64,000 nt of DNA, taken from IMG/VR virus record IMGVR_UViG_3300044796_000141, positions 36,323 to 100,322 of that record; one strand, 5' to 3'. The notes below the pieces were generated by a model. That model did no database searches and was not told where the DNA came from. It saw only the letters and a program-made list of their open reading frames with translations. Shown here piece by piece: positions 44,083 to 51,480 of this stretch (position 1 is its first letter; each line of letters begins with the position of its first letter). Origin of the DNA: a virus. The translations under genes and the position numbers were made by a program.

Positions 44083-44532
44083 ATGAAAAAGATAATCTTT
44101 AGAATTGAAAAGGATGGCATAGGACCGTATTTCCATCCAAATACAACTAAAGGTTCTGAACTGTATCGAGAGCTGCATAATCATGAGACTTTTATAGAGC
44201 TTGGTCTTCAAAAAGAAGATACAATGAGATTAGAAAAACTAGGATACATTCCGCCAGTTGTTTGGTCGCATCCACGGGTTGGACCTTTTCAAGACCCATA
44301 TTTAAGAGACTGGTGGATAAAAAATTACCACGTATATCTTCAGTATAAATTAGGATTGTTTGGTTGTTCTGATTTGAAGCAATTAAATGAATGGTTTATT
44401 CCTTCCATACTTTCTATTCTTAAAAAAGAAAATTATAAAATAGCAAAATACAAATGTAATAGTGTAATTCACGGACTCAGACAATCAATTGGTCTCTTTC
44501 CTTTTGAAAAAATAGAAGAAAAAGAAATATGA
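44083..44532 (+). CDS. hypothetical protein
   Basis: Track ORF; TAAATG coupling. Confidence 0.6.
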   Translation: MKKIIFRIEKDGIGPYFHPNTTKGSELYRELHNHETFIELGLQKEDTMRLEKLGYIPPVVWSHPRVGPFQDPYLRDWWIKNYHVYLQYKLGLFGCSDLKQLNEWFIPSILSILKKENYKIAKYKCNSVIHGLRQSIGLFPFEKIEEKEI

Positions 44533-44744
44533 ATATAGAAGAACTATCAGACTTTTTAACGCCAGCAAAATCTATCCCAACTTTAAGACAAGCTGTTGAT
44601 AAAGATTCGTGGAACAGTACCATCACGGTTCGCTGTCCACATTGTAATGCAATACGAAGATGGATGGATATGAGCGATAATAGATGTAATCGAAAAGGAA
44701 TTTGCATGGAAGAAATTCCATGGAATACAGTAATAGAACGATAA
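44529..44744 (+). CDS. MN[IL]E[EQ]LE-family zinc-ribbon protein
   Basis: MNIEELSDFLTP...; CPHC...RCNRKGIC. Confidence 0.6.
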   Translation: MNIEELSDFLTPAKSIPTLRQAVDKDSWNSTITVRCPHCNAIRRWMDMSDNRCNRKGICMEEIPWNTVIER

Positions 44745-44748
44745 ATAA

Positions 44749-45234
44749 ATGGATAATCAAGACAGCATCATAAAGCAATATATAGAAAAAAATTGTAAAG
44801 ATAACAAAGTCGATTCTCTATCGAAAGAAATTAAACATGTCTTCATGCCTTCTCTTAAAGAAGCATTCAGTTGTTCTTATCCTAGCAGTAAGACGGTCCA
44901 TATAAACGAGAAACTTTGGAAGGATTCGTCTCCCGAACAAAAGAGAAACGCCATAATTCACGAGACCTCTCATATTATTTGCCACTCTCTACACGGCTCA
45001 AAAATTAAAAACGAGCACGGGCGTGAGTGGGCAGATTGCGTGCGGGCGAGCGGTGAGACGCCCTACAATTACTTCAGCGAGCTAAGGGATAAGTCACTGC
45101 TCTGTGAGGTATCCTGTGCGTGTGAAAGCGTCTTCCTGACCAAGCTAGAGGCTTCTAAGCTGCCTGCCAAGTTCTATTTCTGCCAGGTCTGTCGTGAAGC
45201 GATAGTTGTACACAACAAAGCTCTTGACTTCTAG
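44749..45234 (+). CDS. SprT-like zinc metalloprotease
   Basis: AIIHETSHII (HExxH), EHGREW, C-terminal CACE...CQVC; paralog of 10758..11276. Confidence 0.75.
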   Translation: MDNQDSIIKQYIEKNCKDNKVDSLSKEIKHVFMPSLKEAFSCSYPSSKTVHINEKLWKDSSPEQKRNAIIHETSHIICHSLHGSKIKNEHGREWADCVRASGETPYNYFSELRDKSLLCEVSCACESVFLTKLEASKLPAKFYFCQVCREAIVVHNKALDF

Positions 45235-45253
45235 AGCGGCGTTGTGCTAAAGT
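45224..45253 (+). promoter_or_regulatory. promoter of the Ubl operon (extended -10)
   Basis: TTGACT 45224-29, 18-nt spacer, TGc-TAAAGT 45245-53. Confidence 0.55.
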
Positions 45254-45267
45254 ACTTTTAGTTAAGA

Positions 45268-45292
45268 GCTGACCAGCAATTTCGCTGGCAGC
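45268..45292 (+). promoter_or_regulatory. 5'-UTR hairpin upstream of the Ubl gene
   Basis: GCTG(a)CCAGC-aatttc-GCTGGCAGC; 9 bp with one bulge; lies between the promoter and the AAGGAG RBS. Confidence 0.3.
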
Positions 45293-45321
45293 CATTTAGA
45301 AGAAAGAAAAAGGAGTTTTTT

Positions 45322-45519
45322 ATGGCAAGTGTAGTCGGATGTGTATTGGGTGGTTCACCAACTAGAACCGAAGCGTCAACTGTGGCGGAGGTTAAGCGCA
45401 AGCTTGGTCTTTCAGGCAATTATACGGCGTCAGTGAACGGCGAGCCTGCGAATGATGCAACGCAATTGGGCGATGAAGATTTCGTGTCTCTTAGTGCTGC
45501 CGTCAAGGGTGGCCGCTAA
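45322..45519 (+). CDS. ubiquitin-like beta-grasp protein (ThiS/MoaD-like), C-terminus ...VKGG-R
   Basis: 65 aa; ...VNGEPANDATQLGDEDFVSLSAAVKGGR. Diglycine followed by one residue; AAGGAG RBS; first gene of the E2/JAB/E1 cluster. Confidence 0.75.
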   Translation: MASVVGCVLGGSPTRTEASTVAEVKRKLGLSGNYTASVNGEPANDATQLGDEDFVSLSAAVKGGR

Positions 45520-45626
45520 ACAACCTTTAAAAAGTTGTTGTTAAAGCTTTAATAGGTGCAGGTTTGGTGTAATCCTACTCAAAAACACCACCTCGTTTAT
45601 TTTAATTTTTCATAAAGGAAAAAACA

Positions 45627-46658
45627 ATGCTTGAAGATTTGACAGCCGAAGAAAAGATGAAAAATCTATCGGCCTTGAACTATATTAAGACTATCGCTAA
45701 CAGCAGTAATATTGACATTTCCGCTTGGGATATTTTGGAAGTATTTGGTCGGGAAGATAAACGGGGTCTTGAATTAGATAAAAAGACTTTGAATAAACTT
45801 TTCTTTGCAAAAGTTCAAAGTTCTCTTAATCCACCAACGACCGAAGAAACTAAAACTGAAACTAAAACAGAAGGCGTCATTGCTGAAAATGCAGTTGCGT
45901 CCACTGAAGACCTTACAGCATTGAAGAATGCTGTCGCTATTGCATACGAACGTACTAAAACTACTGCAATTGAAGCGCAAAAGAAAAATACTAAATCTGC
46001 CAAAGATAATATGGACCAATATTATCGTAATTTCCTTGAGTATGAAAGGAATTACATTTCTGGTCTTCGCCAAGTAAAGCTTCTTGAATCGACCATTAAG
46101 GATGGTTCAGAAAAGTATATTGAAGGCATTATTCTCAATCTCCGCAAAGTTATTGATAAGGGTATCTGGATAAATCCAGTCTTTGATGAAAACTACCTGT
46201 ATCTCAATACAAAGACGAACGTCGTTTTGCACGATGTCAATAAGTCTGCAAATCTTGACCTTCATCTTGACGTTGGCCAATTGGCAGTTCGTATCAACTT
46301 GAAGAATAATTTTGCTTTGTCTGTCATTCCCTATAAGGGAAATATTCAAAGCGGCGCTATGTTTCACCCACATGTTAACTCAGAAGGTACTCCATGTTGG
46401 GGCGATGCACAAAACATTGCAGTTAAGGCAATTGCAGATTATGATTTTGAAAAGGCTTTGACTCTTCTTCATACTTTGTTACATACCTACAATCCTGGTA
46501 GTCCATATATCAATTTGGCCAACTTGAAGGAAAATGGTATTAAGATGTCGCGTGTGGCAGAGCATTTGAAGCACCCAGACAAGAACAAAAAGAAAAAGGA
46601 AGAAGCTGCGGTTACTCCTACGCCGGCACCAACGCCTGCACCGGATGCACCGTTTTAA
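45627..46658 (+). CDS. E2-like (UBC-type active site) protein, paralog A
   Basis: FHPHVNSEGTPCWGD has the same spacing as eukaryotic HPNINSNGSIC (Cys codon 46395-97). Long helical N-terminal half; Pro/Thr-rich tail. Confidence 0.75.
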   Translation: MLEDLTAEEKMKNLSALNYIKTIANSSNIDISAWDILEVFGREDKRGLELDKKTLNKLFFAKVQSSLNPPTTEETKTETKTEGVIAENAVASTEDLTALKNAVAIAYERTKTTAIEAQKKNTKSAKDNMDQYYRNFLEYERNYISGLRQVKLLESTIKDGSEKYIEGIILNLRKVIDKGIWINPVFDENYLYLNTKTNVVLHDVNKSANLDLHLDVGQLAVRINLKNNFALSVIPYKGNIQSGAMFHPHVNSEGTPCWGDAQNIAVKAIADYDFEKALTLLHTLLHTYNPGSPYINLANLKENGIKMSRVAEHLKHPDKNKKKKEEAAVTPTPAPTPAPDAPF

Positions 46659-46673
46659 GCTTAAATTGATTTT

Positions 46674-47681
46674 ATGAGCAGAAGAAAAAAAAGAAAGACA
46701 AAGAGGACACAAATGGACCCAAAGAATTTTAAGAATATTGATGCAATGAAGAGTCAGATTATTGAAGGATTTAAGCCCGGTAGAAGCACGGTTCAAGGGG
46801 CGTCTGCAAAAGAGACTGCCGCTGATGAAAAGGAATTGAATTTTGGTCTCAATCTCATCGTTGAAGATGAGGTTTATCAAAAGGTTATGCATTGGGTCAA
46901 CAAATCAAATTTTGAAGTCTCTGGACTTGGAAATATTGTCTTTGAACCAGAAACCAATACCTTGCGCGTTATTGATGCAATTTTGCTGAAGCAAGAGAAT
47001 ACCAGCACAACCACCGATATCGACCCATCTGCGATTAATAAGGCTATGTTTGACCTTCGCAATGCTCCAGGCGAGCTTAAGTGGTGGTGGCATTCGCACG
47101 TGAATATGCCCGTATTCTGGAGTGGTACGGATATCGCTACCATTAAGCAACTTGGTGGCGGCGGCTGGTTTGCGGCAACTGTCTTCAATAAGAAGCAAGA
47201 AATGCTGTCAGGCTTTTGCCAAGCTAATCCTGTGCGCATGCTCGTTCCAAAGATTCCAGACCAAGTGGAACGTTATGTGGATGCGGCTAAAGTTGCCGAA
47301 TGGGACCGTGCATACGAACTTAATGTCAAGAATCTTAGCTATACCACTCGCTATTATTCTGCCAAGGATGACAAGGATTCTAAATCAGTGATTCACCACT
47401 ATAAGGGTGAGCACTTCTTTGGAAAAGATGACGATGACGGTAAAAAAAAACCGAACCTTCAACCAGTGACAAAAAAGCATGGCACTGGGACAGCAGTAAA
47501 TTCCGAAACTGGCGAGGTTGAAGTAGATTTTGATATGTCTCAATTCGACGCCGATTTTGAACCAGCAGACTATAATGGTTCTAATAGAGTTATTGAGCCA
47601 CAGGCCGTTACAGAAGAGCAAATGTTAGCAGCAAATAAGGATTGGAAAGCTTGGGTTTCTGGAGATTATAACGATGACTAA
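46674..47681 (+). CDS. JAB/MPN (JAMM) metalloisopeptidase
   Basis: HSHVNMPVFWSGTD = HxHx7Sx2D, with upstream Glu (FEVSG); basic N-terminus. Confidence 0.85.
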   Translation: MSRRKKRKTKRTQMDPKNFKNIDAMKSQIIEGFKPGRSTVQGASAKETAADEKELNFGLNLIVEDEVYQKVMHWVNKSNFEVSGLGNIVFEPETNTLRVIDAILLKQENTSTTTDIDPSAINKAMFDLRNAPGELKWWWHSHVNMPVFWSGTDIATIKQLGGGGWFAATVFNKKQEMLSGFCQANPVRMLVPKIPDQVERYVDAAKVAEWDRAYELNVKNLSYTTRYYSAKDDKDSKSVIHHYKGEHFFGKDDDDGKKKPNLQPVTKKHGTGTAVNSETGEVEVDFDMSQFDADFEPADYNGSNRVIEPQAVTEEQMLAANKDWKAWVSGDYNDD

Positions 47682-48405
47682 AATAATTAAAAAAGCGGTT
47701 GCGGCTCCTAAAAAAGAAGAAGAGGTTATAATTCCTCAGAAACAAAAGTTTTTAGCTCGGCAATTAGACCTAATTCCAATGGAAGTTCTTAATCGCGAGA
47801 TTACTATCATTGGAGCTGGCGCAATCGGTAGTTTCACCGCCCTTTCTCTCGCAAAGATTGGCTTTGAAAATATCACAGTTATTGACTTTGATGAAATTGA
47901 TGATGCGAATATGAATTGTCAATTCTATCGAATTAAAGACATTGGTAAACCAAAGGTTCAAGCACTTCAAGAAATTATTAAAGATTTCACTGGTGTGGAA
48001 ATTACAGCAAGGAACGAGAAGTATGAGAGTGGTATTTTTAATGGTATTCTTATTACTGCCGTTGATAGCATGGCTGTTCGCAAGTTGATTTGGGATAATC
48101 ACAAGGAAATTTCTCTTGGGACTAATCTCTTTATTGACCCACGTATGAGCATTGAAAGCGCGCTTTGCTATGCAATGAAGCCATTTAGCCAAGACGACAT
48201 TGATTCTTATGAGAAGACTCTCTATACCGATGAGAATGCCGAAGCCGAACGCTGCACAAACAAGTCAGTCATGTATACTGTTCTTGGAATCAGCGCACAT
48301 GTAGCGAAAATCGTCAAAGACTTCTTGACGACTGGTTTCTATTGCCGTACAATGCAATGGAATATCGCAAAAAACGCTCAGCAATGCTACATGAACAAGA
48401 AGTAA
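47674..48405 (+). CDS. E1-like ThiF/MoeB-family adenylating enzyme
   Basis: ARQLDL...ITIIGAGAIGSF...VIDFDEIDDANMNCQF; overlaps the JAB gene stop. Confidence 0.8.
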   Translation: MTKIIKKAVAAPKKEEEVIIPQKQKFLARQLDLIPMEVLNREITIIGAGAIGSFTALSLAKIGFENITVIDFDEIDDANMNCQFYRIKDIGKPKVQALQEIIKDFTGVEITARNEKYESGIFNGILITAVDSMAVRKLIWDNHKEISLGTNLFIDPRMSIESALCYAMKPFSQDDIDSYEKTLYTDENAEAERCTNKSVMYTVLGISAHVAKIVKDFLTTGFYCRTMQWNIAKNAQQCYMNKK

Positions 48406-48452
48406 AATAGAAAGACGGCGGTCCGAACCCGCCTACACAGAAAGAAAAAAAA

Positions 48453-49205
48453 ATGGACGACGCTCAAAGAAATTTGTATATTAATCAATTGTGTGGACAA
48501 TCAGGCATTAGTAGTGACGATTTCAAAAAAACTATCGTTTCTATTCCTGCACTTCAAGACAAAAAAGAAATTAATAAACTATTTTTTGCGTTTCTTAAAA
48601 ATAGAACAAAGCCAACTATTGGCAGTAAAAAAGCTCTCGCTAAAAAAGCAACTACAATTGCAGAACAAGCATTGGCGGCAGAAAAAAGAAGTATTCTCGC
48701 GCAGATTAAAGATAAAAATCATGATTTGAATTATTGGTTTGATAATATCAAAAAAGTTCAAAAGTCAATTGACGAACTTAATAAAAGGCTCGTCAAGCCT
48801 GCAATTGATTTCGAATCAGAAATTAAAAAAATTATAGAGCAAGGATTTTGGATTAATCCAAGAATGACTAAAGACAGTCTTTCATTTACTACAGCAAATG
48901 AAGTTATTTGTCAAGATGTTCGACCAGGCGTAAACAAAACTTTAAATTTGGGTAAATACACGGCTAAACTCAATTTAAAATCGTTTGGGATGTCAGTGAC
49001 TAGCCAAAAATTTAAACATAGATACGACAATCGACATCCTTATGTTAGCAGCAGCGGTGGTATCTGTTTTGGTGATTCTTCAGATACATTTGATAAATAC
49101 CGCCGAGCATTTGATATTGAAAAAATGTTTCGTCTATTAGCCTCTCTATTGACAACCCATACAGGTGGTGGATTCAGTGGACTTGCTGACTTCGAAAAAA
49201 GATAA
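48453..49205 (+). CDS. E2-like (UBC-type active site) protein, paralog B
   Basis: RHPYVSSSGGICFGD (Cys codon 49065-67); N-terminus ...DKKEINKLFFAF aligns with paralog A. Confidence 0.75.
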   Translation: MDDAQRNLYINQLCGQSGISSDDFKKTIVSIPALQDKKEINKLFFAFLKNRTKPTIGSKKALAKKATTIAEQALAAEKRSILAQIKDKNHDLNYWFDNIKKVQKSIDELNKRLVKPAIDFESEIKKIIEQGFWINPRMTKDSLSFTTANEVICQDVRPGVNKTLNLGKYTAKLNLKSFGMSVTSQKFKHRYDNRHPYVSSSGGICFGDSSDTFDKYRRAFDIEKMFRLLASLLTTHTGGGFSGLADFEKR

Positions 49206-49359
49206 ATATATCTGTCATTGCATGAAAGTTAAAGAAAAAGATATAGTTAAAATAGGCGCTCGGTCACTAGAAGAAGTTATTGAGAAAACACAAGCTGGGA
49301 CATGCTGCACCGGATGTCATAAACGAATCTTAAAGCTAATCCATGAAACAAATATTTAA
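49165..49359 (+). CDS. BFD-like [2Fe-2S]-binding domain protein (non-ATG start)
   Basis: ICHCMKV...EEVIEKTQAGTCCTGCH (CxC...CxxC); starts at GTG 49165 or TTG 49183, inside the 3' end of E2 paralog B. Confidence 0.55.
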   Translation: MVDSVDLLTSKKDKYICHCMKVKEKDIVKIGARSLEEVIEKTQAGTCCTGCHKRILKLIHETNI

Positions 49360-50350
49360 AACGATTTACGGTTCACACCTATATGGCTCTAATGTAGAAA
49401 CTTCTGATACGGATTTTAAGGGCGTCTATCTGCCTTCTGCTAGAGAAATTCTTATTGGTAAAGTTCCTAAAACAGAGACACATAATTCTAATAATCAGAA
49501 AAATACCAAAAACACCAAAGAAGATACAGATATTCAATTGTATTCTATTGGTAAATTCTTAAATGACCTAGCGGGAGGACAAACTTATGCACTTGAATTA
49601 CTTTTTGCATCAGAAGAATTTTGGACAGAAGAACCAGACAAAGTTTGGCACAACATTAGAAAAAATACAGATAAACTTATTTCTTCTGACATTAGTGCTC
49701 TTATTGGCTATGCGCGTGCCCAAGCTTACAAGTATGGAGAAAAAGGCAAACGCTTAGGCGTATTCAATGACGTTGTTGATTTTTTAAAACCTAAATTTCC
49801 AGGACATAAACTAGTTCAGGCATTTTCTAGTGACCCGAAATTTAAAGAACTTCAAGAAAAACATAAAGATTTCATTAAAATCAAAAAATTTGTAAAAGAT
49901 GAAGTTAGTGATACAGAATATATTGATGTCAATGGTGTAGCTGTTCCTTTGGGCGCTTCCGTAGAGTATGCTCTGAGCGTTTATGAGCCACGTGCGGCTG
50001 AATATGGCGCTAGAGCTACTCAGGCTATGCTTGATGGCGGCATCGATTTAAAAGCCGTTTATCACTCCGTGCGTATATCCAAGCAAGGCACGGAACTATT
50101 AGAAACTGGCAACATAACTTTTCCACGCCCCGAATCAAAGTTGCTGCTAGAGATTAGAAATAACCATTACACAATAAAACAATTAACAGACATCGTTGAT
50201 TCAGCGTTTGAAGAAGTGCGACAAGCAGAGAAAACAAGCAAGCTGCCTAAAAAAGTAAATAGAAAATTCATAGATGACCTCTTGATTAATGCGCACATCG
50301 ATGTTATCATGGACGAGTGTGACCTTCAGTATAAGCCTATCATAGATTAA
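49343..50350 (+). CDS. Pol-beta-superfamily nucleotidyltransferase (COG3541/RlaP-like)
   Basis: YGSHLYGSNVETSDTDFKGVY (GS...DxD); overlaps the upstream gene. Confidence 0.7.
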   Translation: MKQIFKTIYGSHLYGSNVETSDTDFKGVYLPSAREILIGKVPKTETHNSNNQKNTKNTKEDTDIQLYSIGKFLNDLAGGQTYALELLFASEEFWTEEPDKVWHNIRKNTDKLISSDISALIGYARAQAYKYGEKGKRLGVFNDVVDFLKPKFPGHKLVQAFSSDPKFKELQEKHKDFIKIKKFVKDEVSDTEYIDVNGVAVPLGASVEYALSVYEPRAAEYGARATQAMLDGGIDLKAVYHSVRISKQGTELLETGNITFPRPESKLLLEIRNNHYTIKQLTDIVDSAFEEVRQAEKTSKLPKKVNRKFIDDLLINAHIDVIMDECDLQYKPIID

Positions 50351-50373
50351 TTTTAAAAGAAAAAGGAAAAAAA

Positions 50374-51468
50374 ATGAAAAAGATATCGTTATTGTTTGTA
50401 TTTTGTTCTGCATGTAATTCTGGTTTTGTTCCCCCGGCGCCTGCCAGCGACCCTTCGCCAACTATAGAGACGGTAGGTGCAACTTCTGCCCAATGCCCAA
50501 ATGGCGGTAGTGATATCGTTATTACTTCGGGTGGAGTTGTTAAAAATGTTCTTGTTTGTGACGGCGCGAATGGTGCCACGGGCGCTCAAGGCCAAACAGG
50601 TGCGCAAGGCATTGAAGGCGCTACGGGAGCCCAAGGTCAGGCCGCATCATTGCCGGTTTTTACCGAAACTGACGCTGGAGAAGACCAATGCCCAACTGGT
50701 GGTGTTGACTTAACTGTTTCTAGTGGCGATTCATCAAAAGTTCTTGTTATTTGTAATGGCGATACTGGCGCGACTGGACAAACTGGCGCTCAGGGCATCC
50801 AAGGTGCCACGGGTGCGACAGGTGCAACCGGAGCCGCTGGTTTAGGCATTGTCTTTACCGAAGTTCAAGCTACTACACAAGAGTGTCCTACTGGCGGTTA
50901 TGTATTGGTTGTCGCAACCGATACGCAAGGTAATGGTGAATATTGCTTAACTGATAGAAATCAACAAAGTATGATTGTTTGTAATGGTGCTACAGGTGCC
51001 AAAGGTAGTACAGGCGCACAAGGCGCTACGGGAGCCACTGGAGCAACAGGGGCCGCGGGTGCTACTGGCGCGACGGGACAAACAGGTGCGACCGGAGCTA
51101 CCGGCCAAACCGGCGCCACAGGCGCCGCTGGTAAAAATGGCACAAACGGAACCAATGGCACTAATGCAACACAAACTCCATTTACGATTGTTAATGTGAT
51201 TACTCCTTGTGGTGCGGCTTCAAGTTCAGAAAAAGAATTATTGTTGTGTCTTGCAGACGGTAATATCCTTGCGGATTTCTCAAAAGATGATGCTGGTGAT
51301 TTAACTCGTCTTTCATTCATTCCACCAGGCTCGTATCAAGATACTGATAATAGCTACTGCAACTTCTCTGTTTGCTCAGATGGTTCAGGCGGTCTTACGG
51401 TTTCATGGGCTGCACAAAATGGTTGGGCGGCAGGTTCGTCTACTTGCGCCAATACGACCTCAAAGTAA
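50374..51468 (+). CDS. collagen-like repeat lipoprotein
   Basis: MKKISLLFVFCSAC. Three modules of CPxGG...(V/I)C(D/N)G followed by G-X-Y runs (GATGAQGQTGAQG...); the alternative-frame track ORFs here are repeat artefacts. Confidence 0.75.
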   Translation: MKKISLLFVFCSACNSGFVPPAPASDPSPTIETVGATSAQCPNGGSDIVITSGGVVKNVLVCDGANGATGAQGQTGAQGIEGATGAQGQAASLPVFTETDAGEDQCPTGGVDLTVSSGDSSKVLVICNGDTGATGQTGAQGIQGATGATGATGAAGLGIVFTEVQATTQECPTGGYVLVVATDTQGNGEYCLTDRNQQSMIVCNGATGAKGSTGAQGATGATGATGAAGATGATGQTGATGATGQTGATGAAGKNGTNGTNGTNATQTPFTIVNVITPCGAASSSEKELLLCLADGNILADFSKDDAGDLTRLSFIPPGSYQDTDNSYCNFSVCSDGSGGLTVSWAAQNGWAAGSSTCANTTSK

Positions 51469-51480
51469 AAGGAAAATTAA

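Noticed and set aside
45224-50350. Calling the cluster a type II CBASS operon
   Set aside because: A free Ubl with a GG tail and stand-alone E1 and E2 proteins fit the Bil-like layout better. The adjacent NTase has the COG3541/RlaP-type N-terminus rather than a recognisable CD-NTase. No effector gene is evident. This is not fully excluded without HMM searches.
50389-51320. Several alternative-frame and antisense track ORFs, and the possibility of a CRISPR or tandem non-coding repeat
   Set aside because: The periodic DNA is the G-X-Y coding repeat of the collagen-like protein. The repeats have no spacer-repeat structure, and the other frames are artefacts of GC-rich triplet periodicity.
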